NCBI RefSeq assembly: GCF_009914755.1
Contig: NC_060930.1
DNA: 64,000 nt
Strand: one strand, 5' to 3'
From: the human T2T-CHM13v2.0 reference genome, Homo sapiens
In this document: in pieces, positions 1-17,061 of the stretch
Layout of the letters: every line of letters starts with the position of its first letter
Numbering within the stretch: the stretch's first letter is position 1
Notes under the pieces: model-generated
Seen by the model: the letters and a program-made list of their open reading frames with translations, nothing else
What the model was told of the DNA's origin: nothing
Databases searched by the model: none
Program-made: the position numbers and the translations under genes

Positions 1-207
1 GTTGGTTCATGAGGTTTAAGGAAAGAAGCCATCTCCATAACATGAAAGTGCAAGGTAATGCAGCAAGTGCTAATGTAGAAGCTGCAGCAAGTTACCCAGG
101 AGACCTAGCTAAAATCATTGATGAAGGTGGCTACACTAAACAACAGATTTTCAATATAGACAAAACAGCCGTCTATTAGAAGAGGATGCCATCTAGGATG
201 TCCATAG

Positions 208-521
<314 letters not shown>

Positions 522-754
522 TGATGGAAATGTACAAGGAGATTAATGTTGTTTTCATGCCTGCTAATAAAACATTCATTCTTCAGCCTATGGATCAAGG
601 AGTAATTTTGACTTTCAAGTCTTATTGTTTAAGAAATACATTTTCTAAGGCATTAGCTGCCATAGATAGTGATTCCTCTGATGGATCTGGCAAAATAAAT
701 TGAAAATATTCCGGAAAGGATTCGTTATTCTAGATTCCATTAAGAACATTTGTG

Positions 755-1047
755 GGCCAGGTGCAGTGGCTCACTCCTGTAATCCCAGCATTTGGGAGGC
801 TGAGGCAGGAGTATCACTTGAGCCCAGGAGTTCGAGACCAGCCTGGGCAACATGATGAGACACTATCTCCATAAGTAATAAAAAAGTTAGCCAGGTGTGG
901 TGGCATGCGCCTGTAGTCCCAGCTACTTGGGAGGCTAAGATGGGAGGATCACTTACGCCTGGGTGGTTGAGGCTGTAGTGAGCTGTGCTCTGCACTCCAG
1001 CAGCCTGGGTGACAGAGTGAGACCCTGTCTCAAAAAAAAAAAAAAAA
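755..1047 (+). mobile_element. AluJ inserted in Tigger1
   Basis: Dimeric Alu with J-type diagnostics; TSD gaacatttgtg on both sides. Confidence 0.93.
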
Positions 1048-1668
1048 TGAACATTTGTGATTCATAGGAGGAAGTCAAAATGTTGCCAACCTTAACAGGA
1101 GTTTGGCAGAAATTGATTCCAATAATCAAGTATGACTTTGAGAGGTTCAAGACTTCAGTGGAGGAAGTCACTGCAGATGTGGTAGAAATAGCAATAACTG
1201 TAACTAGAAGTGAGCCTGAAGATGTGACTGAATTACTGCAATCTCATTGTAAAATTTTAACAGATGAGGAGCTACATCTTATGGGTGAACAAAGAAAATG
1301 GTTTCTTGAGATAGAATCTACTCCTGGTGAAGATACTGTGAACACCGTTGAAATGACAACCAAGGATGTAGAATATTCCATAAACTTAGCTGATAAAGCA
1401 GCAACAGAGTTTGAAAGGATTGACCCTAATTTTGAAAGAAGTTCTAGTGTGAGTAAAATGCTATCAAACAGCATCACATGCTACAGAGAAATCTTTTATG
1501 AAGAGCCAATTACTGTGGTAATCTTCATTGTCTTATTTTAAGAAATTGTTGCAGCCACCCCAACTTTCAGCAATCACCACCCAGATCAGTCAGCAACCAT
1601 CAGCATTGAGGCAAGACCCTCTAACAGCAAAAAGATTACCACTTACTGAAGGCTCAGATGATGGTTAG

Positions 1669-1992
<324 letters not shown>

Positions 1993-2386
1993 TAAATTAA
2001 GGTATATACATTTGTTTTTTAGACAATACTATTGCACTCTAAATAGACTACCTTATAGTACCTATAATATAAACATTAATTTTTATACGCATTGGAAAAC
2101 CAAAAGAATTGTGTTACTTTTTAGCACTCTTTATTTTATTGCAATGGTCTGAAACCAAACCCTCAATATCTTGAAGGTACGCCGGTATATATTTTAAAAA
2201 TCACAATTTGGAGCAGCTTTTCTGTGACTACCGTGTGAACTCTACAACACCGTATGCAATTCTATCACCGTTACAGATAAAATGTAGGGTTCCATTGAAA
2301 AATAGCGTGTTATAAGACACTATATGTATAACTCCAGTTACTGAATCTTCTCTACCTGTCTACACAGATGGATTCCACAGGGTTAA

Positions 2387-2738
<352 letters not shown>

Positions 2739-2865
2739 TACACTCATAACTATTATGGATTTGTGTTCTAATTTTTCATCCTATAAATTAATATTGTCTT
2801 AAAAAAATCTTTGTATCAGATTTTTTTACTGTTTCCATATGAATTTTTTTCTGTAAAAAGCTCCA

Positions 2866-3170
2866 GGCTCAGTATGGTGGCTCACGCTTGTAGTCCCAGT
2901 ACTTTGAAAGGCCAAGGCAGAAGAATTGCTTGAGATCAGGAGTTTGATACCAGCCTTGTCAACACAATGAGATCCCATCACTACAAAACATTTTTAAAAT
3001 TAGCTGGGCATGATGGTGCCTGCCTGTAATCCTAGATACTCAGGAGGCCGAAGTGGGAAGATTCCTTGAGCCCAGGAGTCTGTGGCTACAGTGAGCTATG
3101 ATTGCACCACTGCACTCCACCCTGGGCAACAGAGTGGGACACTGTCTCTTAAAAAAAAAAACAAAAAAAA
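2866..3170 (+). mobile_element. AluJ
   Basis: Diverged dimeric Alu with A tail. Confidence 0.88.
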
Positions 3171-3447
3171 CTCTTAATAAAGTCTAGGATGAATCAGCCA
3201 GGCAGTTTTTCAGTCTGTTTTTTTCAATGAACATCAGAAAGAAAAATAATCTGGGAAGTGTAAAACTGAAGGACAAGTCTTTAAAAAAAAAAAGTAAAAA
3301 TAAAAATAGCCTGATTTCTAAAATAGTAAAATAGATTCTTGCAATAATGCGTTGTTGTCAACAGGTGTCACTGTCTACCAGAGGTAAAGCTCAGAGCTCC
3401 CCAGCCAGCAAGGCCAGCCAACAGCACCCTCAATGAGGTAAAGATAG

Positions 3448-3748
<301 letters not shown>

Positions 3749-3813
3749 ATGTAAAGATAGTGTTTCCCAGTAGGAAACATCTGGTTATTGTAAAAGATCT
3801 TGTGAAATCCTAA

Positions 3814-4680
<867 letters not shown>

Positions 4681-5308
4681 TTTTATGTCCTTCACTAGAC
4701 TGTATGCCTCTCCTCCCCTGTGCCAATCCATTTTACAACCTGCTGCCAGAGTAATCTTCTTTAGCACAGTTCTGATTATGCCCCTGCCCTATTTTTATAA
4801 AAACTAAATCTTCACTGCCTACAGAACAAAATCCAAATCTAACCCGAATCCACTTTTCCAGCTCCTCTCTCGTCAGCTGTCTGGCTCCCTGGTCTCTCTC
4901 TGAGCTCGGTCCTCACATCCCTGTGCCTTTGCTTACCATGTTCATTCTGCTAGAAATGTCCTTTCCCCAGGGCTGGGGGGAAATATACAGGGATCTAAGT
5001 CACAGATCTGCCTTGGAATTGCTTACAACCTAAACTGGGAAACAGAGCATTATACAAGAGATGTAGCAAAGCACAAGGCAGGAGTGGTCAAGGGAAAAAG
5101 TGTCATAAAAGCTCAGAAGGAGCAAAAGTCTTGACTAAAATGGCACTTTTAAAAAAGCATTTCTTTTCATAGTTTTTAAATGGTTACTATATTATATATA
5201 GGCTATATGTTGTATGTATCAAAACCCATCGCTCCATAGATTCTTTACAAAAATATGATTCACACTTTTAAGTTTTTACACAATAAACTTGAAAGAGGGG
5301 GCAACATG

Positions 5309-5815
5309 TTTTTTTTTTTATTAATAAACTTCATTTTTTTAAGGCAGTTTTAGGTCCACAGCAAAATAGAACAAAAAGTAGAGAGAGTTCCCATATATCC
5401 TCTATATCCCCCCACCCACACGCACACAACCACCCCCACAATTGACATTCTGCACCAGAATGGTACATTTACTACAATCAATGAAACTGCGTTTACACAA
5501 AATTATCACCTGAAGTCCACAGCTTACATTATGGTTCACACTTGGTGTTGTATGTTGCATAGGTTCTCACAAATGTATGACATGTATCCACAATTGTAGT
5601 ATCATATGGAGGAGTTTCATTGCTTAAGAATCTTCTGTGCTCTGCCTATTTATACCTCTCTCTTTCCTAACTCCTGGCAATCAGTTATCATTTTACTGTC
5701 TCCACAGTTTTGTCTTTTCCAGAATGTCATACAGTTGGAATTAGGCATTATATAACCTTTTCAGATTGGTTTCTTTTACATAGTACTATGCATTTAAGTT
5801 TCCTCGTGTCTTTTC
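5309..5815 (-). mobile_element. L1MC 3' end fragment
   Basis: gcagttttaggtccacagcaaaat...agagttcccatata is the antisense L1MC 3' terminus. Confidence 0.8.
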
Positions 5816-6061
5816 AGGGTGCAATGTGTTTTTTAAATAAAATATTCTAAAATCTAATTCACATTTAATTATAGAGTGGGACATTTAGATGATTTCTCTT
5901 TTTACTTTAAAACGTACTAATTAAAATTTAATAGACACTTTTATCAACAACTGTTACGCTGAGGATCTTTCTGTGGGATAATTTGCCTACATATATTAAT
6001 TGTTAGAATTGGCAGAGATAAGTTTCTAAAGGCTGTCTTTGAATGTTAAGGACGAGCAGCA

Positions 6062-6236
6062 TTTTTTTTATGTTTATTTTTTTTTCTTGAGACAGGGTAT
6101 CACTCTGTCACCCAGGCTGCAGTGCAGTGGCGTAATTATGGCTTACTGCAGCTTCAACCTCCTGGACTCAAGCCATCCTCCTGTCTCAGCCTCCCAAAGT
6201 GCTGAGATTACAGGTGTGAGCCACCACACCCAGCCA
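6062..6236 (-). mobile_element. Monomer-length Alu (FRAM/FAM or internally recombined AluJ)
   Basis: Right-arm end joined to left-arm start in ~170 bp. Confidence 0.8.
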
Positions 6237-6765
6237 AATCTACTCTTTTTTCAATGGGATTCTTTCATGCTCTACTTGTCACACACTTCTATCCACCATT
6301 TATGCACCCTTATTTTGTTTACTGCCTTATTCTAGGCAGTTTTCTTACATTCTTTTCATCCACTGACTATAACATGAAGTTTCTGTATTACTGAAAGAGA
6401 GATACAAGTAAAGTATCATTTTCTCCACACTCCAACCCCTACCCAGCAATTTAAAGTGATTAGTGTTCTCATGGAACAGTGTGTCCATTAATTCAATTGG
6501 CTTTTTGATGCAAGGCTGTGCAAAATACTCAGGATACTAAGGTACATCAGAAATAATTTCTGCCTTCAGGGAACTCACATTCCAGTGTGGGAGAGAACTG
6601 ACAAGCAAACAAAGGACCGCAGCAGTCCCTCACAGGCTGTAATTAAACTACATACAACTGCCATCAGAATCTAGCTTCAAGAATAACTAGCAGCAACATG
6701 TAAGATAAACCTTAGAAGTTAAATGAATATAACAGGTAGACAAGGAAGGAAAGGGCTTTTAAGCC

Positions 6766-7215
6766 AGGGCTGTAACCAAGGGGTTCATGGTTCCAATTCA
6801 AGGATTTGAAGATTTGGTTGGGAAAATAGTTTCATCTTTATTTTCAGTAACCTCCAGTTCGAAATTTAGCATTTCCTTCCATTATAAATTCAGGCCACAA
6901 ACTGGAGTAGTATTGGCAATATTTGTAACTTGTCACCAATAGAATCACAGATATATTCAACTCACATTGCAGTTGATTCAGATCCTTGAAATATTTACTA
7001 TTCACTACTTTGAAATTACAGTAGTTACAAGGCTCACTGTAAGACCTTATTATTTATTGCATTAACAAGGAAACAATATAACACAACTTTGTGTTCCTAA
7101 TATTTTGATAACTATATATTAACATATTGGGGTTTCTTTGTAGCAATGTGTATGTTGATGCCTTTAAATACATTATTCTTAGATTTCCCAGACAGTCTAA
7201 GATATGCATTGCAAA
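6766..7215. mobile_element. Old hAT-Charlie-like DNA transposon fragment
   Basis: gaaatttagcatttccttccattat...tgtcaccaatagaatcacagatat resembles Charlie4-type elements; subfamily uncertain. Confidence 0.5.
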
Positions 7216-7719
7216 AGAAAAAAATGAATAATTAAATAAGGTCAAGAATCCTGCTCTAGGCAGAGGGAACAAAATACACAAAGACACGGAAGGTGTAAAA
7301 TATGAGGATTTGTTCAAAATTAAATCCCCAGTGCTGTCTTTTCTTTATCCTGACTTTAAGTTCTGCCCGCTCCTGTCCTCTTACCCTCTTGCTGCCACTC
7401 TTCCAGTTTGGCACAGCTGTCAGTCTTGCCTTCTTCCACTCTATTTTCTTCACTGTCTTCAAAACGGGTCCATGTAAAATGCCACGATGCTTGTGCCGCT
7501 GCTACTTAGGTTGAAGGTGGTAAGGAAAGTCTGGCCTGCTTGGCCTTCATCTGATACTCTCCCTCTGTCCCCGAGGCCCCTCTGTGGAGTCTTGGACTCC
7601 CTGGGATGCAATCTGAAAGCCTGGAAGAGAAGTGTGGCCTTCAATATCCTCCAGGGGGCGTTCTTTACCTCTCCATCTGCATCTCCTACCCTATGCCTCC
7701 CGGAGCTCTGAGTCTCTCG

Positions 7720-8130
7720 CCACAATGAATCACTTTTTAGTCTTCAAAAAGCTCACCCTTCTGGTACAACCTTATGCCCTCTTTTGCCTCCAATAAACAG
7801 GCTACTTCTTCTGCCTGGGACAATACCTCTCACCACCCCTTTTTCCTGATTAATTCCTACTTAGCTGTTAGATGTCACTTTAGAGGTTTCTTCCGGGAAG
7901 CTCTCTCTACTTCCCCCAAGAATATCGCCTTATTATGTGCTGTCTTAACAGTATTTACCTTCATTTTATCATTGAATAGTAATAGACTTTTGCTGGTCTG
8001 TGTCCCACAGAATGCTGCACTGTCTTTTCTGGTTGGCACTGAGCCATTCATTACTCACTGTTTAATTCCCCACATTGTAACTGACATATAGCAGGCATTC
8101 AGTGGTTTTACCGGTGAGATGAATGAAGCT
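7720..8130 (+). mobile_element. L2 3' end
   Basis: aattcctacttagctgttagatgtcactt...catatagcaggcattcag...gaatgaa. Confidence 0.6.
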
Positions 8131-8204
8131 GGAATTATTGTCCAACCTTACATCAAGAGAAGGATCAGAAGCCAAGGAAAGGAATTTGGACTTCATCTTC
8201 CAGA

Positions 8205-8503
8205 CCTCTAGGTTTTTCAAACTATTAGTTATAATCTGTTACTAGATTGTAAGATTAATTTAGTGGTTTGCAATAATTTCTTGTGTTAAATAAAATTTTG
8301 TAGAACAGAACAGAATAGAATAACATAGAAAATATCAAAGTGCATCACAAGTAGCAGGAGTAAGTTTGTTTCATAAAACTTTTACTTTAGTTATATATAT
8401 TATGCATACACGTGCATATCCTGAATAAGAATGTGTTTATTGAGTCCTGATGTGGAATGTTTTTATTCCAGTGGGTCATGTTAAAAAGGTTCTAAAGACA
8501 CTG
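8205..8503. mobile_element. Old hAT-Charlie MITE (MER113-like)
   Basis: Terminal tttttcaaact and ttctaaagacactg; internal agaatagaat repeats. Confidence 0.45.
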
Positions 8504-8594
8504 TAACCAGAGGGGATCCACGGAAAGTCTCAATCAAAGGCATGATATGACCAGATGTGTGGTTTTGGAAGTTTTCTCAGACCGTAGTGAGTGT

Positions 8595-8975
8595 TTGTTT
8601 GTTTAATAGACAGGGTCTTGTTCTGTCACCCAGGCTGGAGTGCAGTGGTGCGATCATAGCTCACTGTAGCCTTGGACTCAAATGATCCTCCTGCCTCAGG
8701 CTCCTGAGGCAGCAAGCCTCCCTGAAAGCACCAAGGATTTTTAGGGCATAAAATGACTATGCATGATACTAGAATGGTAGATACATGTCATTAGAAATTT
8801 ATCCAAACCCCTAGACTGTACGACACCAAGAATGAACCCTGTAGTAAGCTATGGACACTGCATGATAGATGTGTAAATGCAGGTTCATCGATTGTAACCT
8901 ACAGGCCTTATTTATGTAGTTAGGACTGTCCCAGATAGCTGTGACTACAGGCCCAAACCAGCACACCCAGCTAAC
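8595..8975 (-). mobile_element. AluJ right arm interrupted by a ~205-bp templated insert (8725-8930)
   Basis: Alu sequence stops at gcctccc (~8722) and resumes at tagctgtgactacaggc (~8936). Confidence 0.8.
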
Positions 8976-9219
8976 ATAAAGTGTGTTTTGACTGGCGATG
9001 TCTCTGGAGGCAATGGGAGCAATTGAAAAACTACCACAGTCAACTGGGAAATGATGACAAAGGCAAGGCAGTGGGATGAAGAAGAGGGTGGAAAGAAGAA
9101 ATGTTCAAGAGGAATAATCAAGGACTTTAGTGACTGATTGGGTGAGTTTGTGAGGGCGGCTGAGGTGTTAGTGTTCAGGCTGTTAACCAAGACCAATGCC
9201 AAAACGAGATTACCCACTA

Positions 9220-10558
<1,339 letters not shown>

Positions 10559-10774
10559 GGTGGGGGATTACCTGCAAAGTATCCTTATGGAATTTTATGG
10601 TAACATCTAAAGAGATCTAGAGTTTGAGGGAGCAGTCTAGACTGGAGGCATTTTCTTAAGAAGACATTTATCACTCATGTTAGTCTGGGTCCTCCCAGAA
10701 GCAGACTCCAGGACAGGATTAAATTTACAAATATTTCTCTAGGAGAAGTCTCTGTGATAGAAAATGTAGGGGGG

Positions 10775-10905
10775 TCAGGCATGGTGGCTCACGCCTGTAA
10801 TCCTAGCACTTTGAGAGGCTGAGGCAGAAGGATCGCTTGAGCCCAGGAGTTTGAGACTGGCCCAGGGAACATGGGGACATCCCTGAAAAAAAAAAAAAAA
10901 AAAGA
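10775..10905 (+). mobile_element. FLAM_C / free left Alu arm
   Basis: Left monomer followed by A tail. Confidence 0.85.
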
Positions 10906-10906
10906 A

Positions 10907-11218
10907 GGCCAGGCTCTGTGGCTCAAGCCTGTAATCCCAGCACTTTGGGAGGTGGAGGCGGGCGGATCAACTGACGTCAGGAGTTCAAGACCAGCCTGAC
11001 CAGTATGGTGAAAACCTGCCTCTACTAAAAATACAAAAATTAGCCGGGCATGGCGGCACATGCTGTAATCCCAGCTACTCAGGAGGCTGAGGCAGGAGAA
11101 TCACTTGAACTCCGGGGGGCTGAGGTTGCAATGACCCAAGATCACACCATTGCACTCCAGCTTGGGCAACAGAGCAAGACTTGGTCTCAAAAAAAAAAAA
11201 GAAAAAGAAAAAGAAAAG
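10907..11218 (+). mobile_element. AluSp/Sq-like inserted in the FLAM tail
   Basis: cctgacc and caccattgcactcc diagnostics; gaaaa-patterned tail. Confidence 0.88.
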
Positions 11219-11767
11219 GAAAATGTAGGGAGAGAGGAGGGGCTGGGAAAGCCAGCTGTCAGTGGAGCAAAGGAGCAGGTGGATAGAAGCCAGTTTAGCC
11301 TAAGGTAGGTGCAACAAGAAATTTTTAGATGTCTCAAGCCAAAGTCATCAGTCAGAGGAGTCCCATGGAATAGGACTGCCCTCTAATCTCCAGCATGCTC
11401 AGTCCCTGGGCCCTCAATCAATCACTCTCACTCAGTAAAGATCTGTGAAGTGTATTCTCCTGACCACCACCACACTTTAACAAATACGTCTTATTTTAAT
11501 ATATACACATCAGTGTAAACAAAAGTTCAACACAATAAACTGTTCTTTGCCATCATGAAGTTCTGAGGGGCAGTGCATAGCTTTGCGTCTCTTGGCCACG
11601 GTTTCAGACCTTTCCTCTTCCCCTCTAGATGTCTCTGTAGTTCCTGATACTCAAATACCAGCTATTTAGGGATTAACAGATAAACCTATTCTTCATGCAT
11701 TGCTGCTACATTGCTTTTTTGCCTACATGTCTTAATCTGATACTTCATTTAAAAAGCAGGATGTTTT

Positions 11768-11931
11768 GACCAGGCGTGGCAGCTCATGCCTGTAATCCCA
11801 GTACTTTGGGAGGCCAAGGGAGGTGGAACACCTGAGGTCAGGAGTTCAAGACCACTCTGACCAACATGGCAAAACCCTGTCCCCACTAAAAATACAAAAA
11901 TTTAGCCAGGTGTGGTGGCATGCGCCTGTAG
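11768..11931 (+). mobile_element. 3'-truncated AluS abutting a MIR
   Basis: Left arm and start of right arm end at gcctgtag with no tail. Confidence 0.85.
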
Positions 11932-12176
11932 CCACATTTATTTAACCTTCCTAAGCTTTATTCTTCTCACCTATGAAATGGGGTAACAATAGTTGCAACC
12001 CTATAGTATTGTTATAGTAATAAATTATACATATGTTATATATACATAACAAATAAACATCTGTTTATATATGTGCTGTATGTTATATGCATATTTATAT
12101 TTATATATATATACAATATTACACAGTGCCTGGTGTATGGTAAGCACTCAAAAAATTAACCATAATAATAACTATT

Positions 12177-12315
12177 GGCTGGGTGTGGTGGCTCATGCCT
12201 GTAATCCCAACAGTTTGGGAGGCCAAGCATGGAGGATTGCTTGAGCCCAGGACTTCAAGACCAGCCTGGGCAGCACAGGAAGACTATGTCTCTATTAAAA
12301 AAAAATAATAATAAA
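12177..12315 (+). mobile_element. FLAM_C
   Basis: Left monomer with A/AAT tail. Confidence 0.85.
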
Positions 12316-12479
12316 TATTAATAACATCATTGTTTTTACCTCCCTGCTATTAGACTTACTCCCCTTTTTCATGTTAATTAATTAATTAATTAAAGCTTTC
12401 CTAAAGTATTTCCTGATCTTTAGGAATCTCTCACATAATTGCTAACATTTTTTTGGCACCCACTTTGGGCACCTTTATA

Positions 12480-12950
12480 GTATTTGAAATTTGACAGCAG
12501 GTGGCAGAAAACTCAACCAAAATTAGATTTTTAGTTGTTGTTCACATTACAAGAAGTCTAGGGCTTGGGTAGTGGCCCCATGGTAGCGTCATTGTTCCAA
12601 ATGCTTCTTTCTTCCTGCCCTGCAATCCTCTGGGCCATAAGATGGGTTTGGCTTCTTTGGCATAACATTCATGTCTCAGGAAGGAAGACGAAAAGAAGAC
12701 AGAAAGGATGGAGGCCAAGGACTTCCTCCTCTCAAAGGTTTACCATTCCATTCAAGGAAGCAAATCCTCGCCACAGATGTTCACCCACATCTAACTGGTC
12801 GTGATTGTGCCAAATGACTACCTCTATCTGGAAAACAAGCTGGGAAATCAAGTACTTTTAGTTAGAGAGTGTTCTCACCTCAAACAGAATCAGGGTAATG
12901 TTTTGAAGAAGGGAGAATGAGTATTGGCAACTAGCCATGTCTGGTACATG
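12480..12950 (-). mobile_element. MLT1 (MaLR) solo LTR
   Basis: cagaaaactcaacc...gctgggaaatcaagt...gagtattggcaactagc pattern of old MLT1 LTRs. Confidence 0.6.
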
Positions 12951-14011
12951 AGCTCATTTAATTCTATTTTAAAATGACAGTCTGTCCAAGATCCAGTACT
13001 ATGGACTTGAATCTAGAATTCCATAATTGAGGTAATGGGTACATCAGAGCCAATGTCAATTAAGTAGGAGGAAATAAATTATACTAGTTTTTAAATTGAA
13101 TTGATTGATTCATTTACGCAAAACCTCTGGATGCTAAATAAATGTAGCAACTGATGGGCTGCATTATCCCATGCATAAATTACCCATAACTAGCCAGTTA
13201 AGCAGTGTTTGAAACTGGCTGCTTATTAAGCCACTTTATTATGCCATTACTACAGTATATGAAATTATATTCTATGTTTCTGAGTAGGGAAAAGAACCCA
13301 CACAGCTCGTTGCTTATGTGTTACCTATTTTCATTCAACAGTCTCAAATCCTTTTTCAGAACAAAGCAAATATGAATAAACAATCTGGTAACATGTAATT
13401 CATACAATTTAATAAGCATTGCAAATGAGAAAGGAGAGTGTTATTTTCATTTCTTCATATAATAATTACATCCTCTCTTGCAAAGCCCTCACTCATCTGG
13501 AAGAATTATATAATGTTCTCAATTTACCATAGGTAGTCAATGCTTAGCCTGTGTGGTATGTAGATGTATATCTTAGTTTCAGGACAGGACTGCATCCAAG
13601 CAATTTGAATGTGTCAGGTATGAGTGTCGTCCTATAGTTATTTAGGCCAAGCTAGGAAGAAGGCGGAGTAATAGTGGACTAAGGTATGGCCAAGACATAA
13701 GACAAAAATAAAATTTACTGTTAGTTTTTATGTATTAGATTAGTAAACTAATAACTAATGATAAAAATTTACAGCAGCAACTTCTTTACTTTATCCCTTA
13801 ATTATTTGATGTTTCTTAGTCTTAGGTGTCGAACTAGATTTTAACCTCCTGAAGAATGTTTCTGGTCCCACATAAAGCACTTAACACTACCTTGGGCAAT
13901 GCTTATTGATTAACTGAAAGATGTATTTATTAAAATTTTCAGTGTTAACTCCTAATTGCCAGTAAATTCTCTTTCCTTTTTCTCTTGAAAAAGTAGTAAT
14001 CAGCCAAGTTC

Positions 14012-14300
<289 letters not shown>

Positions 14301-14394
14301 GTAAATTCTCTATAGCTCATGCGAATCCCTGAATTAAGGCCTTGAATGAACTTTAGGATATAAAGTTAGGATGATATCCTTTAAAGTTAGATGA

Positions 14395-15105
14395 CTTTTT
14401 AATTTTTTGCGAGTACACGGTAGGTGTATATATTCATGAGTTATATGAGATATTTTGATAAAGGCATGCAATGCATAATAATCACCTCAAGGTAAATGTG
14501 GTATCTATCCCTTCAAGCATTTATCCTTTGTGTTATGAACAATCCAATTATACTTTTAGTTATTTTAAAAGGTACAATTAAATTATTATTTACTATAGTC
14601 ACCCTGCTGTGCTAGCAAATACTAGGTCTTATTCATTCTTTCTAACTACTTTTGTACCCATTAACCATTCCCACTTCCGCCTCACCGCAACCCCACTACC
14701 TATCCCAGCCTTTGGTAACCATCCTTCTACTCTCTATCTCCATGGGTCCAGTTGTCTTTTTAGCTCCCACAAATCGGTGAGAACACGTGATGTTTGTCTT
14801 ACTGTGGCTGGTTTATTTCACTCAACATAGTGACCTCTGTTTCCATCCATGTTGCAATTGACATGATCTCATTCTGTTTTATGACTGAATAGTACTCCAT
14901 TATGTACATGTACCACATTTTCTTTATCCACTCATCTGTTGATGGATACTTAGGTTGCTTCTAAATCTTGGTTATTGTGAATAGTACTGCAATAAACATG
15001 GGAGTGCAGATATGTCTTTGATATACTGATTTCCTTTCTTTTGGATATATACCTAGGAGTGGGACCGCTGTATCCTATGGTAGCTTTATTTTTAGTTTTT
15101 TGAGG
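14395..15105 (-). mobile_element. L1MA 3' end, 5'-truncated
   Basis: gaatagtactccattatgtacatgtaccacattttctttatcca...atgggagtgcagatat. Confidence 0.88.
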
Positions 15106-16764
15106 ATAGGTGACTTATTTTTAAGCAAGCATAATTAAACATAAAATATGTTGTCCTTCAAAGTTGAAGCTCCAGGAGATCACATGCTTGTTGAACAATA
15201 ATGTAATTACTCAAGGCATCGACAAAACTTTTTGCAATTGCTTTTAAAGCCAGTTAAAGAAATACACAAATGAAACTATTCACATTACTTTATAAATTCA
15301 GCTAATTATTCCCCCCACAGAAAAAAAATATGTATGGTGGATCATCTACTTTATTTACTGTATTTGTCTTTAGATCACTCTTGCTTTGCTAAAAAAAAAA
15401 AAATTGCTACTGAAGGAAAAATTTCCAACTATTAAATAAACTAAAATAAATATGATATAGGATTTTTCTAATACATTGGCTCCATCTTGAGAAATCCTAA
15501 ACTATGTACACAGGCCTTATTTACATAGTGAGGACTGTCTATAATTAGCTCATAAATCACTCTCTCTAGGCAGTCTTGTTTGCTAAAGCATTAATATTAA
15601 TAACACAAAGAAATGATAAGAATGATAAGAAGAAAAATTTTAGCATGTGTCTCCTGGGACTCAGAATTGGCTAATGGCAATGATGTTTGTAAAAATATCA
15701 TCACCAGGGGCCATAGAGGTTTAACCGAATGTAGATAGGAGAATAACTAAATTATGTAGCTATAAGCAAACATCTAGGTAAAACGATGCGTATTGAACAC
15801 ACATGATTAGCTCAAAGCAATCTATTTGGCTTTAGATTGTGCAATGGAAATGTCTTTCCACTCAGTGTTAAAAACTTCTTTGATAAAATACATGTTTTTA
15901 GGGTTGTTAACATAGATTTCTAAAACAGACTAGGTTTTTGAAATTAACTAGAATAATTCGTTGTTTCCTACAGCTTGAACCAGCAGAGAAGCTCACTTTG
16001 TGCAAAGATAACATGACCTCTGTAAGGCTGCCTGTCTGGCTTCTGCTGCTTTTTCAGCAACAGTCGGTAGAGAGGTTTCTGGAAATCGGGAAGACCAAAT
16101 CAGAACCAGGGGCCAACTAAGGCTACCATCATGGCAGAACTCTAAACAAAACAGTAACTACAAAAGACTTTGTTTTATCTGTGAAACTCAATGGTAAGCT
16201 ACTTGAGGATGGTGACCACCTAGGTCTGACATGTCAGGCAGCTGCTAATTCCCACATCTTATCCTTGGACATTTCTACAGTCAAGCGACTAATGGGTTTC
16301 TTGGTTGTGAAGTAAAGTTAAAATTCTCGAGCTTTTGAAATATTCACTACCATATCAATCAACTAAAATTTTACTTGGCTTTAATGTTGTGTAACATAGA
16401 GAGGGTACACTTCTAATATGACATATAATCTATCTTGTAATTCATTTACCTTATTCTATTTTTGAAAAATTCATTTTAATTTTCTCCTGTTGTCACAACT
16501 CCCTAACCATCTCAATGTGTAACAAAATGGGAAATGCAATTCTGAACATATGAAATACAGTACTACAAAATACTATTGGCATGGTGAAGTACTTAGATCA
16601 TAGGATTTGGAGTCCAAGCTCTGCCATTTACTATGCAACAACCCTCAATAGATCCCTGAACTGCTCTTAGCCTCAGTTTTTCCTCTCCAAAACATGGAAA
16701 TAATAAATAGTAATGTCTACTAAGGTAATTAGGAGGACTAAATAGTGTATATAAAGGAGTATAG

Positions 16765-17061
16765 GCTGGATGCAGTGGCTCACACCTGTAATCCCAGCAC
16801 TTTGGGAGACCAAGGTGGGTGGATCACGAGGTCAGAAGATTGAGACTATCCTGGCCAACGTGGTGAAACCCCGTCTCTACAAATAATACAAAAAAAATTA
16901 GCTGTGCGTGATGACACCTGCCTGTAATCCCAGCTACTCAGGAGGCTAAGGCAGGAGAATGGCTTGAACCAGGGAGTCAGAGGTTACAGTGAGCAGAGAT
17001 CGCACGACTGCACTCCAGCCTGGTGACAGAGCAAGACTCTATCTCAAAAAAAAAAAAAAAA
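16765..17061 (+). mobile_element. AluSc-like
   Basis: gatcacgaggtcag...gactatcctggccaac; inserted in a MIR/L1ME region. Confidence 0.9.

Larger units (their letters stand above)
10678..11470. mobile_element. Old ERVL-type LTR split by a FLAM and an Alu
   Basis: tgttagtctgggtcctcccagaagcagactc start; TSD gaaaatgtaggg brackets both SINEs. Confidence 0.5.
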
